A DNA stretch of 64,000 bases, taken from NCBI GenBank assembly GCA_003693705.1, contig RBZT01000215.1:83552-147551 (forward strand), in the 5' to 3' direction. The notes beneath the pieces are model-generated. The model saw nothing but the letters and a program-made list of their open reading frames with translations. It made no database searches and was not told the origin of the DNA. Within the stretch, counting starts at the first letter, position 1, and each line of letters starts with the position of its first letter. This document shows, one piece after another, positions 11,815 to 23,953 of the stretch. This DNA comes from Polymyxa betae A26-41 (lineage: Eukaryota; Protista; Endomyxa: Phytomyxea). A program made the translations under genes and the position numbers.

Positions 11815-12872
11815 TCAGGCTCCAGCAGTTATGTCAATTCCAGTCTCTGGATGCAGATGGTCGATGAGCATGGCGAAATGGGCATCCAGACTTGGTGAGC
11901 CATCAGCGAAATGGTATCTTACCGCCAGATGTGAATGTGATAAATATGGCCGTAAAATCCTAACGAACTTTTGACGTTCCCTGATAATACTGGGCCGAAC
12001 TGCTAGATTTCAGCAAAGAAGCAAAGATCGACGAGAGCTTCTACATACAGGGATTCTTCCACTGGAATGGCGAGCCAGCAATTAACAACTTGACAGAGTG
12101 CGATCGAGCCACTTCTGCAAATTTCTTTGATGCTATTTCGTCCAAAGGGAAGGCCCCGGCTCCAGGGCTGTTGCCAGTATCGATCCAGCGAACTTCATCA
12201 ACTCGGGACCAAACATTGTCGTGCTTCTGTCGGGCTAGTTCCGTTATCATCTGTATGATAGGTCAGGCTGAGGATGAAGACAAACTCAGTGTTCTGCCTG
12301 ATTTATGACGACACCACCTCGCGAGAACCCAGCAAGAACAAGTCTTGGTACGGCATCCATCTTAAGTTTTTCACTGATATTCTCCAGCAGGCTATATAAA
12401 TGTTCCTGTGAGCCATCAGATCGAATCAACAGCATCACACGCTCTTTCATACGGTGGCATGGCCATCTGATCGGTAAGGTGCATCACCGCTATTAGGGGC
12501 GGCACTCACAAAATTTGAAAACCAAGCCGTGTCTCCGAAGTGCTTCGCCGGTCTCACAACGATCGCGGAACTCACAGAGCGATCGTGCTTCAAAAGCGAA
12601 GCGACCGTTTTCTCGAATGAGAACTCCCGCAACTGGCTCGGCATCTGACTCTCCTCGTCCATGATATCGCCAGGAAACAGGACCGCCATTCGGGTTCGCT
12701 CCCGGTCTGGGTCGATAGCACAGCAAACCGTGTTCCTGCAGCGATCCAGGCCAGCGACGTCTCGTAGCCAGATGACGTCCTGCTGTTTAGTCATGATTCG
12801 TCCAATATTAGTGCTGAATGGCGCTGCGGAGGGGCTGCTCGACGTTAAGATGTTCAACCGAGCTCGTAACAT
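11815..12872 (-). CDS. C2orf69/UPF0565-like mitochondrial protein (alpha/beta-hydrolase-like), multi-exon
   Basis: Arg/Ser-rich presequence-like start (MLRARLNILTSSSPS), VLFPGD, FSNFV, LAGFSRGGVVINQ|MITEL, RWIDTG, SPFQW, HF motif near the C-terminus. Includes a GC-AG intron at 12251-12297. Confidence 0.75.
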
Positions 12873-13089
12873 GCATGAACGATTTCGGACCGAGATCAAG
12901 TGTCATGGTTGGTGTCATTGCGAATTTTGAAATTATTTCGATCGGCAATAGCGGCGATTTATTCACGGCAAGTCGGCAACTATCAGATGATGGTTATGTG
13001 CCCCCATTCGGTCGATCTCTATTGTTCGCGTCATGGATTATAGGTTTGAAAATGGCACGCGACCCATATCTTTATACGTGCGATTCTTA

Positions 13090-14919
13090 ATGGCTGCACG
13101 AGACCCGGCCTCGTTGGTCGCGGCCGTCAAGCACGATGACGGCAATGGCGTTGCCCAGATCCCGTCGAATTTATCCTCAATGACTGCCGATCAGATCTGT
13201 GATTCGCTGCTTGCTAGTGAAGAAATCTATGTACAAGATTGCCTTCGAGTCCTGTCTGAACAGTTCGAAAAGCGACTGCGTTGTCACAATGCGATGAGTT
13301 GCTCAATTTTAAGCGATGTCGAGATTGAAAGCATATTCTTGAACATTACTGGGATTTATGCGGTCAATCATCGTTTATATCGCGATCTGTTAGCAGCTCG
13401 GTTGAGTGGCAATCTGCCCGAACAATTCGGGAAAATTATGACACAAATGATCCCCTATTTCAAACTTTATGCCAACTACATCAACAAACAGAAAACAGCG
13501 GTTCAGATGTTGAATCAGCTACGAAAGCGAAAAGGCAAATTCGACGAATTTTTATCGATCAGCGAGAAGTGTGCGGGTAATCGGCCTGTTAACAAAATAA
13601 TGGAAGGTCCCCTGTTTCGCCTTCCACAATATATTGTCTTTCTGGCAACATTGCTAAGGAAATTGACGGACGGTAGCGAAGCGAAAAAGGAGGTCTTGAA
13701 CGCCATTCATGCAATCCACCAGGTACCCATACCCAACTTTAGAGGAATCTAGAATCCCAGCTTGAGTGAAGTTCAGGTGGCTGATCATGTCTCGAACAAT
13801 CTTAGGGACGATGCGCAGAGGCGACAAGTCGTCAAATTTCAAGAAAAATTGTTTAAAGGCGGCGTTGCCTTAGTGACACCATCTCGACTCGTTCTGAAAT
13901 TCGGTGAATTGCACAAAGTGTTTCAAAAAAAGTCGCTTATGCATCAGTCCAAGCGGTACCTATTCATTCTGTTTAACGACATGCTCCTCTATGCATCCTT
14001 GAAAACGGCAGTTCAGTCAGCGAAAGTCAAACACGTCCTGCAACTAAAAGGCATGACAGTAGCTGATCTGCCCGAGAAACAAAATTTCCCTGTTCACAAT
14101 GCGTTTTATGTAAATTCGCCGGTAAAAAAACTGATCCTGGTCGCTAAATCGGCTCAAGAAAAATCTGAATGGGTGGATGCTATCAGCAAGGCGATTATCA
14201 ACTGTAATACGTTGCAATCGGAACTGGTCGGGCAACCAATACCTGCTGATGAGATTGAATTTGAAAAAATGATCTTCAAGAAGAAGTATCGAACGATTAT
14301 TCAGAAAGGGAATGGATTGCGAGAACGTCGTGTGCAGAGTATGATTGATGCCGTTGAGCTATCGGATTCAATCAGTATTCGGCCTATACCCGACATCGTT
14401 GTGATCCACGAGTCGCCTGCACATCAGGCAGTGCCAAATTCAACCTTAATCGCGGACAATGTGCTGCTTAACAAACGATCGACTATCCCAGAAATTCCTC
14501 AGATTCAAAATAGCGATGGTGATCTACCAGAGGCGGATTCTGATGACGATACGGTCGCCAACGATGACGCAGGCGGCAAGCCAGCGGTTCCGGATGAACT
14601 GGCGATCCCTGTAGCGCCAATTCCACCTCCAGTCGACCGTCAAGTTTCCAGTCAGAGAAGGAACTCGGCTCCTGAGCGACCACCATCCAGAAGGAGCGCC
14701 TCCGCTAGTGCGCCACCACCAAAAGCCGCTCCAATGCAGTTCCTGGACGAAATTCGAGCAGGAAAGGAATTGCGGAAAGTCGAGCCAAATGCCAACCGGT
14801 CGCGACTGTCGGAATTTGAATCCGATCTGCACGCACAGCTCCAGTTCTCGCTGGAAAGGTATAGGAAATTCGTCCAGCATGACGACGACGACCTGTCGGA
14901 TTCCAGATCCTGGGATTAA
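13090..14919 (+). CDS. Dbl-family RhoGEF (DH-PH) with Pro-rich region and C-terminal WH2-Central-Acidic (VCA) module; one intron 13723-13776
   Basis: DH motifs SLLASEEIYV, IESIFLNI, YFKLYANYINK, PLFRLPQY. PH motifs SRLVLKFGEL, YLFILFNDMLLY, AKSAQEKSEWVDAI. Tail: FLDEIRAGKELRKVE / DLHAQLQFSLERYRKFV / DDDDLSDSRSWD*. Confidence 0.85.
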
Positions 14920-14948
14920 TAATTCAGTTAAGTACATATATATAGCAG

Positions 14949-15890
14949 TTAGAGAATGCCAGGTTGACTTAGTTGCACCAAATGGATTTGTAAGCTCCGT
15001 TCAGCGCTCTCCAACAGAGTCAACGTTTTGATTAGAGTCTCGGCTTTCAGCAATCCAGAATCTTGTTCTAGAGCGATCTTCGTTAGTTCATCCAAAGCCT
15101 GAGATAATGCTGCAAAACTTCTTGCGGAATTACTCATGCTCGCCACGATTTTTTCTAACGCTTGTCGACATGACTGTAAGGATCTCAACAGAACAACATC
15201 AGAGTCCCAGCATACGCCTGAAGCTGGTAGCTGTAGCGAAAATTTCTCTAAAGCAACGGCCAACTGCCCATTCTGTTCGCTTGCGATTTTCAGATTGGAG
15301 AGTGTCTTAGTCAAGGCTCCATGGCATCCCAGAACATCATCAACAGCTTTATACACTTGTTTCCTCTGCAATGCCAGCCGGATGTTTACAGTCGATTTCA
15401 TCAATGCATCGACAGCCGAAGCGACACAACCCGCCCAATTCTCGAATCGCTGCTCTGATTTGCGGAAATTCTGTTCAAGCAAGGCACGGGTGTAGGCTGC
15501 CTGAATAATTGTGTTCGCCAACGCCTGAGCTTTGCGCATTAAATGCGAACGAGAACTTGCTTTGTCTGAAGCTGCCAGTGTTGTAGTAGAAATAGACGAT
15601 TTCAAGTCAGAAGCAGATGGACGACCTGGCGTCTTTCTTGACTTCGCAACTGAAGGCGTTTTGGTTTTAGCAATCGATGGTGTCTTGGCCGAAGTGTGGC
15701 CGCCTTTCGATTTAGACACTGATTGCGTCTTGGACTTGGCAATAGATGAAGCCCTTGTCGTGGTTTTCGGTGTCTTTGCTAGCGATTGTCGCCTAGGCGT
15801 TTTCTCACCGGATTCAACAGGACGTTGCTTTGTTATCGATGTTAGATAACGAGATTTCACTGTAATTTGGTCAGCTTTAACTACTTCCAT
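14949..15890 (-). CDS. Probable augmin subunit of the HAUS8/QWRF type (basic S/T/K N-terminus, coiled coil); intronless
   Basis: N-terminal 'VKSRYL' resembles the V(S/K)SRY(L/M) motif of HAUS8/AUG8. It is followed by a basic region with KTP/S repeats and a helical C-terminal half. Confidence 0.5.
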   Translation of the reverse strand: MEVVKADQITVKSRYLTSITKQRPVESGEKTPRRQSLAKTPKTTTRASSIAKSKTQSVSKSKGGHTSAKTPSIAKTKTPSVAKSRKTPGRPSASDLKSSISTTTLAASDKASSRSHLMRKAQALANTIIQAAYTRALLEQNFRKSEQRFENWAGCVASAVDALMKSTVNIRLALQRKQVYKAVDDVLGCHGALTKTLSNLKIASEQNGQLAVALEKFSLQLPASGVCWDSDVVLLRSLQSCRQALEKIVASMSNSARSFAALSQALDELTKIALEQDSGLLKAETLIKTLTLLESAERSLQIHLVQLSQPGIL

Positions 15891-16410
15891 AGCGATGACG
15901 AACCTTTCACAACCCGACGAGACGATTTCGGCGCCGGCTGTGACGCCTTCGCTCGTCCGGGTGTTTCGAATGCCAACCGAATTGGTTGCAATGGCGCCCG
16001 GCCAACCGACATGCATGGGCTGGACATGGCTGGGCTTTGATCTTCATGAGAAGCAGCACCTTGAGCAAATGGCGTCATGTCGACTGTCATGGGCGCACAT
16101 TACAGTGTAGTGGAGGCGCCCCTGTTTCAACACAATAAAACGTTGAAGACAGATTTAGAGCCTTCAACAAGCCTATCTCTGTACATACATCCATAATTGT
16201 AATCCCATAAGCACGTAGATCCATAACACGTAATTACGTTGATTCATGGGGAGATAATTCTGGAACGGAGAAATCCAGAAGCGCCATTTTCATGAATAAG
16301 AACAGTTCTGCAGATGACGATACGACTTTTATTGCTTAAATAAATACTGCTGGTTGCACAAAGAAAAAAGATTAACTTGATAAATATGGTTGGATACATA
16401 TGACGATAAA

Positions 16411-17093
16411 TCAGTCGTCATCCCAATTCTCATCGTCGTTATCATCGGCACCCATGGCCTCTAAAGCATCTGGCGCTCGAACAATCTCTGCATCAGGTTC
16501 GATGACAGGATTCTGAGAAAGTTTGGCTGGCGGTTCGGCAGCAGTAGCCGATTCTTCCGCTACCGGTGGTCGTACTTCCTCTTTTTTGGGCTTCTTGTTT
16601 CCATCCGACGTCCTGGGCTTCCTTGGTCTAGTAAACAATAAGAAATGGGTTCCAGTATTATTTGGAGGAGCGTTCGTTTACTTTGGAGTTTTCGAGGCCT
16701 TGCCAGACTTCTCTGGCTTCTCGGCCAAATCAGGAACTTGCTCGACAAGAGGCTTCAAGAAATCAAACTTCTGCGACTGCATAACACATTCTTTGAAATG
16801 ACCAGCTTGGATGACATCCGACTCTCTCGCTTTAGCTACTGAGATGGCTTTCTGTAACAATTCTTCGAGAAATAATTCGACCTGCATCATGAATCAGTGG
16901 ACTACTATGAGCAATATATCCAGATTACCGATCGGGAGATCATAACGGGAACCTCGGCAGCAATTTTACCAACATCATCGTCCATTTGCATGATCTGCTT
17001 GATCTTGCTCTGCGCCAAACAGCATCAGCCGAATCGGCAGCCAACCTGCTCGAGAAATACCTTTGGGAAAACGGTTCGTATTTTTGTACTCAT
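16411..17093 (-). CDS. DRAP1: NC2-alpha / DRAP1 histone-fold transcription regulator, 4 exons
   Basis: FPK|SKIKQIMQMDDDVGKIAAEVPVMIS..ELFLEELL...HFKECV...FDFLKPLVEQVPD, followed by a basic then acidic tail. Confidence 0.88.
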
Positions 17094-17339
17094 GGTCTAG
17101 GGCGCAAGACAACGCTCCAATAAACAGTCAAGTAGCCGACGACGATGGCTGACAAGACGACGACAAGATTTCAGATAGCGACAGCAGCAGCCTCTTCTAA
17201 ACAGAAGGCCGCGCCAATCGAAATTTCTTTAAAAAATCGCTTTTCATCAACTGAAAAATTGTGCAAATTGTTAAATCAGATGATGAGCCTGACGATTCGA
17301 TAATGACACAGCAATGATTGCAGAATCGATACAATTCGT

Positions 17340-17677
17340 TTATTCAGATGAAGGTTGGTTTCGGGGAGTCGTGGTTGTGACCGTCACTCCATGCAGAACA
17401 GGCATCCATTCTTTCAGTAAGTCATTCACGAGTCGGTGTCGTTTCAACGTCGACATTCCTTCGAATTGCTTGGATACAACATGAATCTGGAAAAATGCAC
17501 CTGAATGGGCTGCTTAGAGAGATGAATCGATTCGCATTCAGACGAACCGCATCCTCCTGAGGTATCAACGACATCCACGACCGAGTCCTTCAAGCCCGAT
17601 CGTAATCGATTGATAATCTGCTCTGGAGATGGCTGTGTGATGGCTGAGCTGAGTGCCCTCGACCATCGCCTTATCAT
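17340..17677 (-). CDS. Mitochondrial BolA-family protein (BolA3-like), 2 exons
   Basis: Presequence MIRRWSRALSS; VVDTSGGCG; IHVVSKQFEGMSTLKRHRLVNDLL...LHGV. Confidence 0.85.
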
Positions 17678-19320
17678 CGTGTTGACCGACTCCGGGGCAC
17701 TCCGCCAACAAACTCGTCTCGCTTTCGTCAACGCAACTGAAGTTTATGGTTGGTTGTACGTATAAACAGATCATGAAATCGTTATTTGAATTTGTTCGTC
17801 TCAATCTAACGCTCAAGCAATATACGGATATGAATATTAGCCAGCGGCATTATAATTTTGGCTGAGCCAAACCATCGCCGACATTAACAAACCCATTTGG
17901 TGCTAGAGTGTTAGATCTATTCTGATACTTGTGCAATATGCGATAGAATCCTGCTCAGAGGCGCTCTTATCGCATTTGAATTTGTTGTCGGCAAAACTCA
18001 ACTGGACCTGATTTTGCACGGCAATTGAATTTATCTGGTGTGCGAATTTGTGTTCGGTTTGTTCACGAACCGCGATAAATTTGGCAATCGGTTGTCTTTG
18101 TTTTGGAAGAACAGCAAACCGATATGATGCGGGAATTGCAGAAACGACGCCATTCCAATTTCCCAAACATTTCACGGATTTGGTTCAGCGCGTTCTTTTG
18201 ATCTCAATTTTCGTCGATTACTATATTCAGTCTTGGAATCGATTCAGTCAGCCTATCCATAGAGCTGAGGTTGAGACTTGAGCCTGTACTTTCCAGATAT
18301 GAAATTGAAGAGCTAATTTCAATATAAAACTACTGATACGAGTGATATCTATATTAAAATTTGCGATGAATGAGTCCAACTATATGAAGGACAAACGGCG
18401 GTAACAGAGAAAAAGATGTTCGAATGCTGCTGTGATATGAAACACGATTGGATTAGTGAATATTGATTCGCTGATCTTTGTCAAAAAGCGGCGCTGTCCC
18501 CTCAGCGCATGGCCGGTAAAATTCAGGCCTAATAATAAAACTATGTAGGGTAATAATCTCTCAAAATCGAGAAGCACTTTACAGAAGCCATGCAGATCTC
18601 AGTAGATGTGATCGATAAGCAATGTGAGAGAAATTCACGACAAGGTACCTGTTTGTAAACAATCGAGGAACAGGGCGATTGCCCTCTTTTATAAACACGA
18701 AAACCGTTTCGCAGACAATCCTGCTCACTTAATACTATTCTAGCACGACCCCAGCAGTTTCCTTCTGGAAGAGTCCAATCTCGGACTCGAGCCGAACTGA
18801 GAGCCGAAGCTGACATAGCCCGAATAGCCTGTTACGATCGTGACGGGCGAGTAAGACGTCGCCCGTATGCGCAAAAGCCGACCCGAAAGTCGATTCTGCA
18901 CTGATAGGCGGCCACAGGTCTTGGTGTGCGGCAACATAGAAGATATCAGCCGGTACTTTTTACCTGTACCTTGACCTAAAATCTGCGAGCTTCTCGTTGA
19001 TCGTCTCTTTGTTCTAGAAGTCGCTGGACCTGTAACCGATCATTACAGGACGGCGGTTCAGTCGCGCAACCGTCGAACGTTCACGACATCCGCCCAGTAA
19101 ACGTTACTTCTGGGGTCGTGGGGCGCCGTCACGCTCCCCATCTTATACCAAAGGTAGGTTATGCTTGGGCACATGTGGCGATGTAACCCTTTAGAAAAGC
19201 GCGTGACTTGTTGACTGTCGTCATGTTTGCCGTAGGGATACATCAGTAGTAGTCGTTGAAGGGTGTGGCTTTAAGAGGGGGAGAGCCATAGAGACCACAC
19301 TATTCAGTGATCCATTGCCC

Positions 19321-21958
19321 ATGGGCAACGAACGGCATCAGGGTCGGTCTTCGGTCAGCTCCATCCCCGAAGCCCAGCTGATCGGCACCATTCTCGATGA
19401 TGATATCGCCACGCCACTGATTGCCATGCCGCGACCCCAAGCGCCCATCTCGCAGCCATATAACAGATCGACCTCGGCGCCGCCCCAACTGTCGCTTGAT
19501 GGTAGCCGATCATCTCTGTTACTTCAACCTGTTAATCGTTGTAGGATCGTCGATGGTATTTGTCAATGGCGAGGTGATCTCACCGGAAGATCCTCGCCTA
19601 TCTCCGGCGTATTACGCGTATTATTATTCGCAGCGACCGATCGACCCCAGATTGCCTCCGCCGCTGCTAGATTATAGCTCTTGGAGCTCATCAGCCCATC
19701 CCCAACCTGACGCTTTCAAACATATGCGTTTACCGATGATGAATACCCCTAAACGCCCTGGAGTTATCAACCCAAAGGGATCGGCATGGGCTATGGAAAA
19801 GTCGTTTGGGGCATCGATGATCCAACAGGACTTTCCTCGAACGCCATCGCCTCTGTTTCCTGCTGGATGGATGGCTTCCAGCCAGAAACCAGATCCAGTA
19901 TGATTCTACTTTTTTACTTTGCAAAACTTTGCTTATGAAATATTTCAGACGTCAACTCCGTTCAATGTTTCGTCTTTCGATATACAACTTTATCGTTCTG
20001 CATCAGCTGATATCGAGCAGCTTCACGTCAACATGAACAATTTACACGTACGTCATCGGTTTTCGACATGTCAATTTTTTGACCTTGAATAGGTGAGATC
20101 CAAGCCGGTGACCATCCCATATAATCCTCAACCGTACTATCCTGAACCCAGGGTTGTGCTCTTTTTCTTCCTCGCAAATGATCACTAATGCGATAAAACC
20201 AGGATTTCGCGACGTATCCGGTGCGCGTCGACGATGTGGCCACCGGCCATGTCCACCCGCAACCCATTCGGCAATACTGGCCCAACCCGAATGCGACCGA
20301 TGACCATGTTGATAGCAAAAACGCCTCAAGTAAAGTACGAACTGTGTTTCCACGTTCTGCTTTCCCGCTTTTAACATTTCTAATAGCAAAATGGCCAGTC
20401 ACGTAACAACTTCAAGAATAAGAAGGCTTCTGCAGATACAGAAAGCTCAACGAAGTTGTACTACTTCAGAATGACCCGTGTTAAGTCGGAACCTGAGTGA
20501 AATTTAGAGCTTCTATCCTTCATGAACTGCGAACGAATAAGCACCATCATCATATCCGATTGTCTGATGTAATTAACCAAGGCTTGGTCGCTATTTTGGC
20601 AACCGATCAGGTTGGTTTGGTTTCGCAATGAACGGTTTAGGAATGTAACACGATACATTCAGAACGGATCGAGGTTTATTCAGATGCAGCTTGAGCAAGC
20701 CACAAAGTCCCAGCTGCAGGAGATGTACGAACAGCTTGAGCAAGACACGATCAGGTCCGAATTTGTCTCGCAGCATGGAAATAATCCTTATCGGTTTTAA
20801 GATTGAGTGTCGACGTATTTGCAAACTATGTAATTCAAAAGTTCTTCGAGAACGGAACACAATCTCAGCGCCGCGGTTTGGCTGAACGCATGCTGGGAGC
20901 CATTCTGCCATTATCAATGCAGGTATGATTGAAGCCATCCCTTCACAGCTTAATTGCTGATTTGGGTAGATGTACGGTTGCCGGGTTGTGCAAAAGGCTC
21001 TAGAAGTCATCGAGCTGGACCAGCAACTGAAATTCGCCATGGAGCTGAGAGGCCATATAGACAAGTGTGTCAAAGATCAAAATGGTTGATGTGAATCACA
21101 ATCTTGGGCTTCTATTTCTGAAGATATGCTCAGGAAATCATGTGGTTCAAAAATGTATCGAAGTGCTCCCGCATGACGCAATCACATTGATTACTAATGC
21201 TTTCGTCGGCAACGTTTGCTCATTCTCCATGCATGCCTATGGATGTAGAGTCATCCAACGGCTGTTAGAACACTGCAAAGAGCCGCGAAGACAAGTTGGA
21301 CATTTGTTCCGTGCTTATCTATTGTTACTTACATCCTAATCCAGGAACAGATCCTGCAAGAAATAATGTCAAGGATATCTAGTTTAATTGTTGATCAGGT
21401 CTGCATTTCGATTTTCCTGTTCTTGTGTAATCTGATCTGGGCTAGTTCGGCAATTACGTAATTCAAAACATTATCGAGCGCGGGCCGCCTGCTTATCGAG
21501 ACGCAATTATCAATGAAGTCAAGGTGCGACCAGATTTTCAAGTATGATTTCACGAGTTTTCACAGTTGTGCATCAGGGCCATATCTGTGATTTCAGTCGG
21601 CACAAATTTGCGTCAAACGTAGTCGAAAAATGTTTTGCATTTGGCTCTGAAGAAGAAAAAGAGACTCTCGTACGTGAAACATGCGGAGAACTTCCTTCTA
21701 GTGGATGTGAACCATCTCAATGTCCCTTGGTCTTAATGGTTAAGGACCCGTTTGGTAATTACGTCGTCCAGAAGATCTTATGTGTTGTCAACGCTGATCA
21801 ACGGAATCGTTTGGTTGATGCTATGAGAATGAGAATCCCCAACCTGCGTAAAATCGCTTTCGGCAAGCATATTGTTGCCACTGTAGCACGTTTAACGGGA
21901 ATTGTAAGTTTCTTTTTCCAAGGTTGGAAAATTCTGAGCTCTCTTCCAGGTCATGTAA
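19321..21958 (+). CDS. PUM: Pumilio/PUF RNA-binding protein, multi-exon
   Basis: PUF repeats [77 protein letters not shown]-terminal [28 protein letters not shown] and [11 protein letters not shown] motifs. Confidence 0.92.
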
Positions 21959-22124
21959 TCTTAATTCTATTGTCCCGTAATATTTTAAAATATTATTAAT
22001 ATTTGTATAAATCATTGAGTGATGTACTAATCTTATAAAGCGTTACTTTATATTCGTTGAATTTGTCTTCAGTAGCAAACACGTAATGACAATAATAAAG
22101 CTTGGGATAGGTTTATCTTAATAT

Positions 22125-23555
22125 TTACATTGAATCGTTATGATCTGCACAGAGTGAATTCATTCTCCGAATCCTTGACTTCTTCTTCAATCCTTTCAAC
22201 ATTGTCTGACGGGTTGATTGTCCACCAACATTCGGATACAATCCACAGAGAGACTGCGTTCGAAATTGTAGCTTTTGGGTCGGTTTAACAGAAGGTGGAA
22301 AATCCTTTGCTATCAATGGACGATTATCCTTATTGGAAGGCTTGTTAGGTCTTTCATTGCCAAGGACTTGAAATTGCTGGCCGTATATCTTGCATTCTTC
22401 TTCGCCTGAGAACTCCAACTCAATACTATCACTGTCACTTCGCTCATTGGAACTGGACGTTACTGGCCTTTGTAGAGAATTCTCCTTTGTGTTTGACGTA
22501 TCGGATACCAATCGTAAGTGGAGCGAACGCTGGGAGATATTTCTCAAGAGGTTGTCCAGAAAATTAGGATTCGGTTTCGGAGCATATTTCTGCCGGCGCC
22601 CAGCCGAGCAGTGTTTCTTCAAAATCACTTTGTCGAGATTGGAATCATCACTATCAGAACCGCTGGCATCAGGTTCTACCGTCTTGGGGACAGGCTTTCG
22701 CTTTTTCTTCGGTTCGTGCTTTCTAGGCTTCGAAATCCCTTCGTCCAGTGATTGCCACGAAGCGCTCTCTTTCCAGTCCCCCCCTTTGGCATCCTCGTCA
22801 CTGCTATCAGATATCGCCGGTCGCTTACTTTTAGCAGCCATTCCATTGTCTAATTGATGATCCTCACATTGCATCTTATCGTCACTATCGCTTTCATCAG
22901 AAAATACAAAGCGTTTGCGCTGAGAATCCAGCCTCTGCGACGCTAGTCCCTTAGGCTTGCCTCGATTGCTTTTTCTGTCATCCTGGTCATTCTCAGAGAC
23001 CAAAGGGCGTTTCTTAGCAAATTTCCTCCTCACAGATGGACGTTTCGATTTTGCCTCACAATCATTGTTGGAAGTGTTGTTCTCATCATTATCGCTTTCA
23101 GAAATTACAGGGCGCTTCTTTTTCAGCTTTGATTTCAAAACAGGTGCAGTGTTTATAGCCGGATCATCATCATTGTTCAATATATGATCGATATCCTGGT
23201 TTGATGAAATATCGCTTGTTTCTTTCTTATTAGTCGAATCTGGGGCTTCTGTTGAAGTCGCGACAGGGACATCTTCGTCGTCTTCCTCAGACAAAACGTC
23301 AAGCCTTCCTTTATGACGTTCGGGTTGGTTTTCCACATCCTCGTCATCGTCAGAATCATCCAATCGGCGACTCCTTTTCTTTGAAGCAAACGGTAAAGGA
23401 TCCGGCAAGGATTCGGAAGCAGCAAACGGGTCGTCGAGCTCGTCCTGAGCAGCAGCGGCCTCGGCAGGGGCCTCGTTTCGTAGTTCGCCAGGCCTTAAAT
23501 CTAGAATCTCCCGGATCAAATCGTCGTCGGACGACTCCCTATCACTGCCCGACAT
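22125..23555 (-). CDS. Intrinsically disordered acidic/basic nuclear protein of unknown family
   Basis: Uninterrupted ORF of about 475 codons from ATG 23555, with repeated K/R-rich plus SD/E-rich blocks. The 3' end may splice further. Confidence 0.65.
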   Translation of the reverse strand: MSGSDRESSDDDLIREILDLRPGELRNEAPAEAAAAQDELDDPFAASESLPDPLPFASKKRSRRLDDSDDDEDVENQPERHKGRLDVLSEEDDEDVPVATSTEAPDSTNKKETSDISSNQDIDHILNNDDDPAINTAPVLKSKLKKKRPVISESDNDENNTSNNDCEAKSKRPSVRRKFAKKRPLVSENDQDDRKSNRGKPKGLASQRLDSQRKRFVFSDESDSDDKMQCEDHQLDNGMAAKSKRPAISDSSDEDAKGGDWKESASWQSLDEGISKPRKHEPKKKRKPVPKTVEPDASGSDSDDSNLDKVILKKHCSAGRRQKYAPKPNPNFLDNLLRNISQRSLHLRLVSDTSNTKENSLQRPVTSSSNERSDSDSIELEFSGEEECKIYGQQFQVLGNERPNKPSNKDNRPLIAKDFPPSVKPTQKLQFRTQSLCGLYPNVGGQSTRQTMLKGLKKKSRIRRMNSLCADHNDSM

Positions 23556-23953
23556 GGTGTAAAGACGACAGCGACAATGACGACGCAACTTTCAGCGACT
23601 GATGTTGGGGTCTTGATGGGGCAATGGGGTTCCTTCATACCGTCTCACCAATCTTCGTAGTATGGCAGATGCTCATAATTTGCATTAGCATCATTGGAAC
23701 AGGAAACTCACCTGCACGATCTTGACCAATTACTTTGTTCAGACAAGCTATCTAAGATAAGATCATCTATCAATGTTGAATGCTAAAGCAAGAAACAGGC
23801 CATATTATGATTGGTTGGTCAGCGCTTGAATGTAAGAATTAGTGACCATCAATCTTCGTGCTGCTCTGGAAAGATTGTTGGAGATTTAAGTAGTAGTACG
23901 GAGTCCGGGGCCTCCCTAGGGCCCTTCAGAGCTCTATACATCTCTCTTTTGTC

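Noticed and set aside
17900-18950. Short ORFs on both strands between BolA and the PUF gene
   Set aside because: No recognisable motif and no consistent splice model.
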